Origin: Armatimonadota bacterium
Lineage (GTDB): Bacteria > Armatimonadota > SYMT01 > JACQGL01
NCBI GenBank assembly: GCA_016199525.1
Contig: JACQGL010000067.1
Location: 1-54,327, forward strand
Direction of reading: 5' to 3'
Length of the DNA: 54,327 nt
The position numbers and the translations under genes were made by a program. Under the pieces are notes generated by a model. It made no database searches and was not told the DNA's origin. It saw only the letters and a list, made by a program, of their open reading frames with translations. This document shows positions 18,004 to 27,455 of this stretch, one piece after another (position 1 is the stretch's first letter; each line of letters opens with the position of its first letter).

Positions 18004-21000
18004 CTACGGCGCCGGGTGAGTGGAAAGCGGCAGGTTCTCCAGCGTGATGGCCACAATCTTCATCGCCGGGTTGCGGGGCAGCTCGATCGCCAGCAGCGGC
18101 TTCTGCCGGTTCGCCACGATTTCGTAGTGGTAGAGGTTGCACGGCGTCCTCGGGTCATCGCCATCCCGCGTGTGGCGGTGGGATAACCGGAACGCCACGT
18201 GCTCTCCGTGCCGGGGGGTATCGACAAAGTGGGTCATGGTAACCGGCTTCACGTCCACGCTGGCATCCGCGTAAATAAGGCGGAAGTCGCCCGCAGCGTC
18301 CTCTTCCGTCGCCAGCCCCAGCAGGTGCACCGCAATGCGGGGGGCGGCCGCGAACTCCAGACGTTGCCCATTGCAGGCAACTATATTCGGCGTCCTGTCC
18401 GCCTTGCCGGGGAACATAAAGGTCACGCGGTCCCCCTGCGCGCCCACGGGCCGGACCCACAGCCCGCAGGGAACCATCGGGCTCGGCGTGCGCCCCGGTC
18501 CCACCGTCGGTCGCATAACGTAGGGAGGGAGCAGCTCTGCGGGAAGGGAGTTGAAACGCCCGTCAATGTTCCCGTCGGCGCGATCGCTGTCCTGGCTGAT
18601 CCCATCCACGCTCTGGTGGGCCCCCAGCGGGAGGGGCATCATCACCGGGCTGAACACGTTCACAGGAACCACCAGCAGATCGCCGCCCTTGCTCGCTGGT
18701 CCGATAGAGGCGGGCTCGCCTGCGTGGACGAGGTCGAACACGCAGTACATCGGCCCGAAGTAGTCGGGCACGCGCACAGGGAGGTCGCGTAGGATGGTGG
18801 GGGACACAGCGGTCTGCGTGCGCGTCTCCGGCGGCGCCGGGCGACGACCTCGGCGCCGGTGAGGGGCGGGCTTCACCGGCGTCTCCACCCCCGTGCGGGA
18901 GTAGGCGGGAATGTCCTGGGACAAAGGCACCGTCTGATCCATCCAGCTCGCCTCGGAGCCATCCAGGTAAAACCAGTGGATGGCAATGCGGTCCCGATCC
19001 GCCCGGTAACTCTCCGGCCCCGTATTGAGGAGGCCGAGGGTAACTTGCACCGTCCGCCCGGCGGCCAGTTCGGTGGGTAGGCTGGTCCCCAAGAAGCGCG
19101 GCGCCGGGTCCCGATCCACCACCGTAACTGTCTCCCGGTGGGTAGCGCCGCCTTCCTGGGAGGCCCAGCGCGCGCCATCCCACAGGTCCCATTCCAGGAC
19201 GTAGTACCACTTCTCATTGGGAGACCAGAGGGGAAGCGGCTGGCCCGCGCCGTTGGCCACGGGCAGCGAAACTGGCACGGTGATCTCCCGTCCGGGCGGC
19301 ACAACCGCCGGCAGCAGCATGCGGGGGATCTCGGCGAGGATGGTGTCCTGATCCTCCGCGTAACCGCGGAGGTAGCTGCTCACACGCCGCCAGCGCGCGC
19401 CCACGGCGAAGGTGCCCTTGGCCCAGGGACGGCTGCCGTCGTTGCGTAGCCGAATCTCCGCCTGGTAGGTGAGGCCCGACTTCACCAGCGCGGGCGCGGT
19501 GCTGCTCAGCCAGTAGGGCCGCAGCGGTGGGGCCTCGCCCACACGCACGGGCACCAGGTGGCGCCCCGCGGCCTCGGCATCCAGCCATTCCTCCCGCGCC
19601 TGGCGGAGCCCAATGCGGCGTACCAGGCCAAGTTCCAGGTCATAGTCGCCCGCCGGGAGAGGCTGTCTGCCCTTCATCGGTGCGGTCACCCCAAGGATGT
19701 AGGTGCGCACGTCACCGCGGGCCAGGGTGGCGGCAATCGCCGCGGCGGGCTGGTCACCTACCGGTTTACCACCCTTCAGCCAGCGGTAAGAGACGAATAT
19801 GCTGGACAAGGGATCCCAGTCCGCCGTGCCCGTGTTCTGTACGACCACCTCTACAGGATAGACGATACGGGGCTGCGCCACGCGGGGCACCGTGGCGCGC
19901 ACAACGCGCGCGCTGTGGGGGCCGGCGGCCTTGAACTCGCGCGCGGCGGCGCGGGTCAGGTCCTGGTACTGGAGACCGTACTCGAGGGTGGGGGCCAGCT
20001 CCGTGCCGCGCGCGTAGTCGTTCCAGGAATCCAGCAGCACCCATTCGGGGGCGGCGCGGTGGACCTGCCGCCAGTCAGCAACGTAAGTAGCGCCGTTCTG
20101 GCGCGCGCGCAACCGCCCGGGCGAGGCGAGCAGCAGGTCGTCGTAGCCGGGGCTCAGGCGTCCGGTGGAGAGCCAGGCGCCTTTTGCAGACTCTGCCCCT
20201 GTAGCGGGTGTGTCGGCCGCACAAGCGTCCAGTCGATCCGCTTTCTGCGCCAGTGCCGGGGTGCCGATCCACAGCAGCTGTGCCCCAAACTCCGCCGCGA
20301 ACCGCCGGTTACACGTGACCAGGAACGAGTTATCCGCATCGCGGACGGCGGTATCGTTAAACAGACGCACCACGCAGGCGGTTCCGGCGGGTGCGCTTGC
20401 TTCTGCCGGGGGATCCTGTGCCAGCCCCGGATGCTTTCGAGAGAGTTGCACCCAGGCGCGGAACTCCGCGGGGACGTGCAGGTAGAAATCGCGAATCAGG
20501 CCGTAAAGGGAGCGCTGCACGTCCTCATTCTTCAGGTCCACCGGCCCGCCGTACTGCCGCGCCAACGATCCCAGATCCAGCGCCAGCCCCACCTGGGGAT
20601 ACTCGTGGGGGCGGCTCAACGGCGCAACATTCTCCGCGCGCAGCTCCTTTAGGCCCTGGACCATCACGTCCAGACCTTTGATCGCGTAGGCGCCCCGCTC
20701 CTCGGCATCGCCGCGGAAGACGGCGAGAGCCACGTCGATCCCTGCGCCCGCCATGAGCTGGAGCTGGTTCCGGTGCCACTGGGAGCGGTCGGCGGAGAAC
20801 CAGGGGCCGTCGCTGTCCCACGGGTGGTGCGCGAGGCGCGTCCGTCCATCCGCCTCCCGCACAAAGCGGAATGCTGCCTTCTTGCGCCGATCCCCCTGGA
20901 AATCGTAGCGATAGAGCGCCATCACCAGGCGAGGCGTGGCTGGAGGAGGGACCTCCGTGCGCGGCGGCTCCTGCGCGAAGGCGATGGCGGTAAGTGCCAG

Positions 21001-21042
21001 GAACGGGAGCGCCAGAAGAAGCCGTTTGCGTGAGTGAATCAC
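18004..21042 (-). CDS. Large secreted protein: putative glycoside-hydrolase-like (DUF5010/GH99-like) N-terminal domain plus three Ig-like repeats
   Basis: Signal peptide. MAGAGIDV, PGYDD and SWNDY..GTELAP motifs. Repeated V.v.NtG...W.......W units. Confidence 0.7.
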   Translation of the reverse strand: MIHSRKRLLLALPFLALTAIAFAQEPPRTEVPPPATPRLVMALYRYDFQGDRRKKAAFRFVREADGRTRLAHHPWDSDGPWFSADRSQWHRNQLQLMAGAGIDVALAVFRGDAEERGAYAIKGLDVMVQGLKELRAENVAPLSRPHEYPQVGLALDLGSLARQYGGPVDLKNEDVQRSLYGLIRDFYLHVPAEFRAWVQLSRKHPGLAQDPPAEASAPAGTACVVRLFNDTAVRDADNSFLVTCNRRFAAEFGAQLLWIGTPALAQKADRLDACAADTPATGAESAKGAWLSTGRLSPGYDDLLLASPGRLRARQNGATYVADWRQVHRAAPEWVLLDSWNDYARGTELAPTLEYGLQYQDLTRAAAREFKAAGPHSARVVRATVPRVAQPRIVYPVEVVVQNTGTADWDPLSSIFVSYRWLKGGKPVGDQPAAAIAATLARGDVRTYILGVTAPMKGRQPLPAGDYDLELGLVRRIGLRQAREEWLDAEAAGRHLVPVRVGEAPPLRPYWLSSTAPALVKSGLTYQAEIRLRNDGSRPWAKGTFAVGARWRRVSSYLRGYAEDQDTILAEIPRMLLPAVVPPGREITVPVSLPVANGAGQPLPLWSPNEKWYYVLEWDLWDGARWASQEGGATHRETVTVVDRDPAPRFLGTSLPTELAAGRTVQVTLGLLNTGPESYRADRDRIAIHWFYLDGSEASWMDQTVPLSQDIPAYSRTGVETPVKPAPHRRRGRRPAPPETRTQTAVSPTILRDLPVRVPDYFGPMYCVFDLVHAGEPASIGPASKGGDLLVVPVNVFSPVMMPLPLGAHQSVDGISQDSDRADGNIDGRFNSLPAELLPPYVMRPTVGPGRTPSPMVPCGLWVRPVGAQGDRVTFMFPGKADRTPNIVACNGQRLEFAAAPRIAVHLLGLATEEDAAGDFRLIYADASVDVKPVTMTHFVDTPRHGEHVAFRLSHRHTRDGDDPRTPCNLYHYEIVANRQKPLLAIELPRNPAMKIVAITLENLPLSTHPAP

Positions 21043-21446
21043 GTGTCAGACCCTCGCACTGATGCCAGCACCAGCAGTGCTATGGCGCCGATGGCCACCT
21101 GGTTCGCGAGCGAGCGGATGCGGCAGCCGTGCGGCAATCGGCCCGTATGGGTAGGAAACCATTTCTGATCGTCGTCCATCAGGCCCAGGAGCGCCAGCCC
21201 ATGCTCCACATCGGGCGCCACACCGCCCAGGGCACCCAGGAACGCGGGCGAGTGGACGCCTTCCGAGGCAGCCAGCGCCAGCAGGGTGCCGCCAAGCAGC
21301 AACGTCTCGAGGGCCAGGTCAAAGTCCCGGTGCGGCAGCAGGTCGCCCACGAGATGCGTCACCACTCCGGCGCCAAAAGCGGCCGCGGGCCGCCCGATCA
21401 GACGCCCCACAGCCGCTCCGCAGAGAGCATGGACGGCCGCCGTCAT
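21039..21446 (-). CDS. Small membrane protein with conserved His/Asp residues (possible metal-dependent hydrolase)
   Basis: HALCGAA, THLVGDLLPH and APD motifs in hydrophobic helices. Overlaps both neighbours by 4 nt. Confidence 0.7.
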   Translation of the reverse strand: MTAAVHALCGAAVGRLIGRPAAAFGAGVVTHLVGDLLPHRDFDLALETLLLGGTLLALAASEGVHSPAFLGALGGVAPDVEHGLALLGLMDDDQKWFPTHTGRLPHGCRIRSLANQVAIGAIALLVLASVRGSDT

Positions 21447-22477
21447 TCCTCGCCACAGAAGCGGCGGTACAGCTCGGTGACCTTGCGGATGTAGTTGCGC
21501 GTCTCGCGGTAGGGCGGAATGCCTTTGTGGCGATTTACCGCCCCCGCGCCCGCGTTATAGCAGGCTAACGCCAGGCGAATTTCCCGCTCTGTCACCTCAC
21601 CGCCCCGCTTCCGGGCGAAGGTGCGAATGTGGCCGCTCAACAGTCGCGTCGCGCCTTCCAGGTTTTGCTCGGCGTTGAACGGATCAGTCACCCCCAGCCC
21701 GGCGGCGGTGCCGGGCATCAGCTGTCCCAGCCCCATCGCCCCCGCCCGGGATATGGCATGCAGGTTGAAGTTGGATTCGCAGGCAATGACCGCCATCACC
21801 AGACGCGCATCCAGGCCGTACTTGACGCTATAGTTGATGATGTTGCGCGCGATGCGATCTGCCTGGGCCTGGTTCAGCCGACGGTTGAAGAAGCGTACTG
21901 CTTTCGAGTAGGCCTGCAGGATCTGCTCGTAGCTGGGCGAGACGTCGATCGGCACCTGGGTCTGCATCGCGCCGCGGCTGGCGCGTACGGGCTGGCGCTG
22001 CCGCTGCGCCTCGGCACGGAGCCGGGCGGCTTCCCGCACCTCTTCCGCCTGCCGCGCCTTCATCTCCTCCCACGCGCCGGCGTCGTTCTCCAATACGCCC
22101 GCCGCCGCCATCAGCATCCCCGTGCCCGTTCCCTGAACGGTGCCCACGCGACAAAGGAGACGCACCGCCGTGCGTAGCTTCAACAGGTCGAGCAGCGGCA
22201 GATCGGTCGCATCCACCATCCACACGTGCTGATCTCCATTGAGGATAAAGCTTCCCCCGCCGTCTCGCAGGGCCGAGCCTACTACCTGCCCGCGCACTTC
22301 CACCAGCCGCCCGTCGAAGTCGGTGGGCTGCGTCTGGATATTCTCCGGTGTGGCATCCGATACCACCAGATGTTTTGCCCGCAGGGCGAAGTAACGCTCG
22401 GCCTGCGGATAGGGGCTGCCGAGCGCGGTTCCGGCCAGGAACAGGGTAAGGAAGGCGCACAGATAGGCCTGCTTCAT
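21443..22477 (-). CDS. Lytic transglycosylase (SLT domain) with signal peptide and N-terminal OB-like region
   Basis: AVIACESNF, AISRAGAMGLGQLMP, YNAG, PPYRETRNY. Start placed at ATG 22477 after GGAG. Confidence 0.9.
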   Translation of the reverse strand: MKQAYLCAFLTLFLAGTALGSPYPQAERYFALRAKHLVVSDATPENIQTQPTDFDGRLVEVRGQVVGSALRDGGGSFILNGDQHVWMVDATDLPLLDLLKLRTAVRLLCRVGTVQGTGTGMLMAAAGVLENDAGAWEEMKARQAEEVREAARLRAEAQRQRQPVRASRGAMQTQVPIDVSPSYEQILQAYSKAVRFFNRRLNQAQADRIARNIINYSVKYGLDARLVMAVIACESNFNLHAISRAGAMGLGQLMPGTAAGLGVTDPFNAEQNLEGATRLLSGHIRTFARKRGGEVTEREIRLALACYNAGAGAVNRHKGIPPYRETRNYIRKVTELYRRFCGEE

Positions 22478-22759
22478 CACAAAAGACTCCTGGGATGGCA
22501 TTTCCGCCCATACGGGTGGGCGTATGCCCGCACTGCCGCGGTGGGCAGCGTGGGCGCATACCTGATGAGGGCCGCCCGATGCCTGCCCGCATGTCGCGGG
22601 CCATTCTTCGCCCGCCGGCACCCGAGCGGCTGGCGCGACGGCGTACCGGCGCACAGGGCAGCGGGAGCTGCCTCGCACGCACGGTTGCTTCCCACAACTT
22701 CCCTCTGGCGGCCCGAAAGGCCACCCTATTCTAGCGGCAGAAACCTTATCGCGCAACCC

Positions 22760-22846
22760 CATCGGGCGCCTCAGCAGTCCCCACTTTGGCCTCAAACCGG
22801 CGCCGCCATTTTAGCCTGAAAGTGGGGACTGCTGAGTATCGGGCGC
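22760..22846. mobile_element. 67-bp MITE-like element with 18-bp perfect terminal inverted repeats and a ~10-bp target-site duplication
   Basis: CTCAGCAGTCCCCACTTT (22770-22787) and AAAGTGGGGACTGCTGAG (22819-22836), flanked by CATCGGGCGC and TATCGGGCGC. Confidence 0.75.
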
Positions 22847-22992
22847 GCGGTGCATCTGCTTATGCGTCAGATCAGCAGCGACAGCCGTGGGCCTGCCGCT
22901 TCCTGGCCCGTAATCACGGTGCTTGAGGAGATGAGGCAACCCATGGTCGAAGAGATGCTCCGGAGGCGCTTCCGTTATCTTCAGGATGGAAC

Positions 22993-23021
22993 CTGACGGG
23001 TCGCCGGGCGCAGCGTACAAT
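22993..23021 (+). promoter_or_regulatory. Possible sigma70 promoter for the SorC-family regulator
   Basis: CTGACG, 17-nt spacer, TACAAT. Confidence 0.45.
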
Positions 23022-23242
23022 AATCAATATGCGGGTCACAGAAAGCGTAACGCTCCTCGTTCCCGCTCCCGCCGGTAACTTCTCCACTTCAACCGACCGT
23101 AGTCCGGGGCGCCTGGCGACCCACCAGCGCGGCAGAATTCTGGCCCAACGAGCGGTGGTGCAGTATCTGATTGCGAACGCGAACCGAGCCGATGCTTGGT
23201 TTATGCTGCCTTGCTCTTGCCCTGTGAGGAGAAATCCTGGCC

Positions 23243-24283
23243 ATGCCAAAGCCACATAAGGCATCGTATCGGAGGAAGTTCAACGCGCGACCGACGGATC
23301 TGCAACTAGCTTACCAGGTAGCCCGACTGAAAGTCGAAGAGGGGTTATCACAGGAGGCCATCGCTGAAGAACTGGACCTGTCCCGGGGAACCGTACAGAA
23401 GCTCTGGGTGATCGCACAGGAGCAGAATATCTACATCGAGGGCGTGATCCCCCCTGTGGGCGTGGATTTTCTGGTCGATCTCCGCAAGAAGGTGATCCAG
23501 CGCCTGGGCCTGAAAGGCGTCCGGTTGGTGCCGGGACGGTCGGCGATGCTGGATGGCACACTTCCCGCCAACGCGCGCGAGGTGATCCTGCACTCCGCCG
23601 CCGCCGCGGCGGCGGAGTATCTGGGAAAGCATGTGATGAACGGGGACATCCTCTGTCTCGCCTGGGGACGGGTGGTGCACGCCATTATCCGTCTCCTCAA
23701 CATCAAGCACCCGCGGCCCAACCTGACGATCGTGCCGATGCTGGGCGTGATGAGTGTCCAGCCGCACTGGTTCGAGGCCAATGCCCTGGTGGAAGCGGCG
23801 GCGGCGGCCTACCAGACCAACCACTACTATTGCCTGCCCATCCCTGCCGTCGTCCGGAACGCGGCCCAGAAGCGCGTGGCAATGCAGCTGCCGCTCGTCA
23901 CTCCCGTCCTGCAGCAGGTGCGGCGTGCTTCCTTTGTGGTGACCTCTCTGGCCCCACCTGATCCGCAGGAGTCCACCCTGGTGCGGTACGGGATGCTGGA
24001 CCGGTCGGATATCCAGCGCGTTATCCAGTGCGGAGCGATCGGGGAGATCTGCGCCTGGTGGTTCGACCCGGAAGGTCATCCGGTGCCGGATCACAACATC
24101 GAGCCGATCGGCTTGGGACTGGACGGCCTTCGGCACGTCGTGGAGGGCAACGGTACCGTGATGGCCATGGTCGCTGCCGACCGCCAACGTATTGCCCCGC
24201 TCCTCGCCGCCATCAAAGGGAGGCTGGTGAACGTGGTGGTGACGGACCACGTGACCGCAGAGGAGCTGTTGCGGCGGGCGTAG
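23243..24283 (+). CDS. SorC/CggR/DeoR-family sugar-binding transcriptional regulator
   Basis: HTH LSQEAIAEELDLSRGTV; WGR, GAIGEIC.W.FD and LVNVVVTD motifs of the sugar-binding domain. Confidence 0.9.
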   Translation: MPKPHKASYRRKFNARPTDLQLAYQVARLKVEEGLSQEAIAEELDLSRGTVQKLWVIAQEQNIYIEGVIPPVGVDFLVDLRKKVIQRLGLKGVRLVPGRSAMLDGTLPANAREVILHSAAAAAAEYLGKHVMNGDILCLAWGRVVHAIIRLLNIKHPRPNLTIVPMLGVMSVQPHWFEANALVEAAAAAYQTNHYYCLPIPAVVRNAAQKRVAMQLPLVTPVLQQVRRASFVVTSLAPPDPQESTLVRYGMLDRSDIQRVIQCGAIGEICAWWFDPEGHPVPDHNIEPIGLGLDGLRHVVEGNGTVMAMVAADRQRIAPLLAAIKGRLVNVVVTDHVTAEELLRRA

Positions 24284-24347
24284 CAGCCTGCCCCCAAGTT
24301 TTCCCCAGGGCTGGTCGATTTGTTTACGAGGGAGCGTGCGGCAGGGG

Positions 24348-24478
24348 ACCGTTCTTACCACACAGTAAGAACGGTGGCGGGCGCCGCGGCTAGGACGGCG
24401 CCCGCCTTCCTGCGATGGACCTGCGGTAGGAGGGCTGGGAGGCTCACGCCGCGACGGGAACGCGGGCGTGAGCCTCCC
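24348..24478. terminator. Two strong hairpins between convergent genes (terminator or REP-like)
   Basis: ACCGTTCTTAC/GTAAGAACGGT (24348-24375) and GGGAGGCTCACGCC/GGCGTGAGCCTCCC (24437-24478). Confidence 0.55.
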
Positions 24479-24482
24479 GGCT

Positions 24483-25604
24483 TCACGCCGCTTCCTCCGA
24501 CCGTTCGATGACGAATTGGGCATCAAGCCGCTGCAGCCGTTCAACGATGCCCGTATACTCCAGCTCGCTCATGGGCAGCATGGCGCAGCCAAAAAAGCCC
24601 TGTCGGCGTATTTCCACGGCCTTCCGCGTGGCACGCCGTCGGATTTCCTCCCAGATCGGATCGGCGAATATGTCCGCCGGCTCCGTAAACCGACCTTCCC
24701 GCACGGAGAACGCCAGGCCGCTCACGATGGGCACGCAGTAGAACACTGTGGCGGCCGTATTGATCGGCACGGGGCAGAGGGGCATATTGTGGCTGCCCCG
24801 CGTATCCCCGGAGACGAAGGGGATGAGCGTATAGGGCGCGCCCACCTCCTCCGTAGCCGGAAAGATCTGCTGCACGCGTACCAGCGCCACCGGATCGTCC
24901 TTGCCCACGTAACGCCCGGCGATGTTGCGCAGGCGTGTGGTGCTTACCGAGGCCGCCTGCTCGCCCGGATGGGCGCGCGACCAGATCGACTCGATCACAT
25001 ACCGATGCGTGTCCCGTAACAGTGCGGCGATATCATAGAGGTTCTCGGGGGCGCTCAACGTAATGATCCGGTCTCCCTGCGTATGCTCTACGTCCATAAT
25101 GCGGAACGTGAAGCCCAAGCCGATCTCGTCTTTTAGTAGTAGCCCGGGCGAGTGCATCGGGTCCGCAAACGCCAGGTAGAGCGGCAGGTTATAGGCGCCA
25201 GGCTCGGTCTTATCCGCCGCGAAAAGGATGAACGACTCGTTCGGCCGCTCTTCAAAGGTTATCTCGGCAACTGCCGGCCCCAGGCCGCGCACGTTGCCGG
25301 AAAAGGCATCCTTCAGCAGGTCCTGCCCGGCCCCGTACAGACCCTGGCGTTTGGCCTCCTGGGTCCCTTTGCGAAAGGCCGTCCACGCCAGCTCGTGGAT
25401 CGCCGCGCTGTCGCTGCCGCGTGGGTGGGATAGGAGGAGACAGATATCATCTCCCGTATGCCCGATGTAGACGTCCAGGATGCCCACCGAAGACCGGTTC
25501 GCATCCACTACTTCGCGGACCGTTTTCAGTACTGCCTGCGATGGTTGCGTGTGCCCACCAACTGAACCGATGTCGGCTTTGACCACGGTAAGCGTTAGTT
25601 GCAT
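24483..25604 (-). CDS. fbp: Bifunctional fructose-1,6-bisphosphate aldolase/phosphatase (class V FBPase)
   Basis: KADIGSVGGH, GDD, YGAGQDLLKDAFSGN, DKTEPGAYN, YVGKDDP, RGSH, ELEYT. Start placed at ATG 25604. Confidence 0.95.
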   Translation of the reverse strand: MQLTLTVVKADIGSVGGHTQPSQAVLKTVREVVDANRSSVGILDVYIGHTGDDICLLLSHPRGSDSAAIHELAWTAFRKGTQEAKRQGLYGAGQDLLKDAFSGNVRGLGPAVAEITFEERPNESFILFAADKTEPGAYNLPLYLAFADPMHSPGLLLKDEIGLGFTFRIMDVEHTQGDRIITLSAPENLYDIAALLRDTHRYVIESIWSRAHPGEQAASVSTTRLRNIAGRYVGKDDPVALVRVQQIFPATEEVGAPYTLIPFVSGDTRGSHNMPLCPVPINTAATVFYCVPIVSGLAFSVREGRFTEPADIFADPIWEEIRRRATRKAVEIRRQGFFGCAMLPMSELEYTGIVERLQRLDAQFVIERSEEAA

Positions 25605-25914
25605 GAAGTGAACTCCGTCCAGGTTTGGAGAGAGTGAGCCGTTACCGGCTGCAAGTGTCAACGGGCGAGTAGATATGTACGGGAGCGCTCATTAGCAGCG
25701 GGACAGTAATCCCCTGTGCACGGCACGCCAACCACTCGCCATGATGGCGGTATTGTAGCCCAACAGATGCTGGAATACCGCTCAAATTAGGGAAGAAACT
25801 GAGCAGCCGCTCAGTCAGTTCTGTACCGCACGCAACCAATAAGAAGGGGACACAGCGGTCATCCGCCGCGTCCCCAGATTATGCAGGAAGCAGTATAGGT
25901 ACTGGCCTGGGTGA

Positions 25915-26928
25915 TTAGAACCCCTTCTCGGCCACGAACTCGCACAGGTCCGCCACGCGGTTCGAGTAGCCCCACTCGTTGTCGTACCAGGAAATCACCT
26001 TCACCAGGTTATCCCGAATGGCCATCGTGGACGGCCCGTCCACGATGGACGAGAGCGGGTCACCTTTGAAGTCGGTGGAAACCAGCTCCTCCTCCGTGTA
26101 GCCCAGGATGCCCCGCATCGGGCCCTCGCTTGCCGCCCGGAGGGCGGCATTCAGTGCCTCCACCGTGGTGTTCCGCGATGTAAGTACTACCAGGTCGATA
26201 ACCGACACCGTAGGGATAGGCACGCGGAAGGCAATGCCGTGCATCTTCCCCGCCAGAGCAGGAATGACGCGAGAAATCGCCTTCGCGGCTCCCGTGGAGG
26301 TGGGGATGATATTGCTGAGCGTTGCACGCGCGCGGCGTGGATCCTTGTGCGCCTGGTCCGCCACCCGTTGGTCGTTCGTGGCGGCATGGACGGTAGTCAT
26401 CAGCCCCTTTTCGATCCCCACGGTATCCAGGAGCACCTTTGCCACGGGCGCCAGGCAGTTGGTGGTGCAGGAGGCGTTCGAGATGATGGCATGGCGCCGG
26501 GGATCATAGGCATCCTGGTTGACCCCGAGAACAATGGTAACGTCTTCGTTGGTGGCGGGAGCGGTGATGATAACCTTCTTCGCTCCGCACGAGAGGTGCG
26601 CGCGGGCCTTGTTGCCATCCGTGAATACACCTGCGGACTCGATGACGATATCCACCCCCAGATCGCCCCAGGGGATATCCGCCGGGTTGGCCTGGCGAAA
26701 GACGCGGGCCTGTTCGTCGCCCACGATGAGCGTGTTGTCGCGCACCTCGACGGGCATACCGAACGCGCCGTAGTTGGAGTCGTGGCGCAGAAGGATCGCG
26801 TTCGTTTCCGGATCCACCAAGTCGTTAAGGGCCACCACCTGGATACGGCCCGCGTAGCGCTCACGCATAACGCGGTAGGTAATGCGGCCGATACGGCCAA
26901 ATCCGTTGATCCCAACTCGCACGGGCAT
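25915..26928 (-). CDS. gap: Type I glyceraldehyde-3-phosphate dehydrogenase
   Basis: GINGFGRIG, SNASCTTNCL, SWYDNEWGYS. Start placed at ATG 26928 after AAGGAG. Confidence 0.97.
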   Translation of the reverse strand: MPVRVGINGFGRIGRITYRVMRERYAGRIQVVALNDLVDPETNAILLRHDSNYGAFGMPVEVRDNTLIVGDEQARVFRQANPADIPWGDLGVDIVIESAGVFTDGNKARAHLSCGAKKVIITAPATNEDVTIVLGVNQDAYDPRRHAIISNASCTTNCLAPVAKVLLDTVGIEKGLMTTVHAATNDQRVADQAHKDPRRARATLSNIIPTSTGAAKAISRVIPALAGKMHGIAFRVPIPTVSVIDLVVLTSRNTTVEALNAALRAASEGPMRGILGYTEEELVSTDFKGDPLSSIVDGPSTMAIRDNLVKVISWYDNEWGYSNRVADLCEFVAEKGF

Positions 26929-27455
26929 GGTTGCCAATCTCCTTGGGGCAGCGCGGGCCCGCAGCCCTGCGGGAGTTCGAGGGGACGCGGGCAACTGCGT
27001 CGTCTACTAGACTTCGGGAGTCCTCTCCTTCGTTGTTCCCCGTAGAACGCTGTTTGCCACAGGGGGGAAAACGGAGGGCGGAGTAAATCCTGTAACGCTG
27101 GGGCACCCGCTACCGCGAGCCCCCAGCCGTGGCGCGGGGCAGGCCCCGCCTGTCAGCCAGGCGCAAGCACTCTATTATACCCCATATGGCTGCCTCCCTG
27201 GTCGACCGCACGGCCAGAGTTACGGCGCTCGATACTCAACCCCGCTACTCCATGCTGAACGAGCGCCTGGCACTCGGCACGACGCGCTCCCGCAGTAAGG
27301 TCATTGTCTCTGCGGCGGCGAACCTGTTTCACGGATTGGCACCCACGCCCGGACTGCCTAAACGCCTGGACTGCTGCGTCGTCGAGTTCGCTTGGCAAGC
27401 GCCGCAGCGCCTGACGAAGAGTGGCGTTCGGGTACGAACACCCAGGTACTCACCA

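Noticed and set aside
26929-27180. Riboswitch in the long gap leader (TATAAT on the minus strand at 27174-27179)
   Set aside because: GC-rich hairpins are possible but I recognise no aptamer consensus, and the -35 box is unclear.
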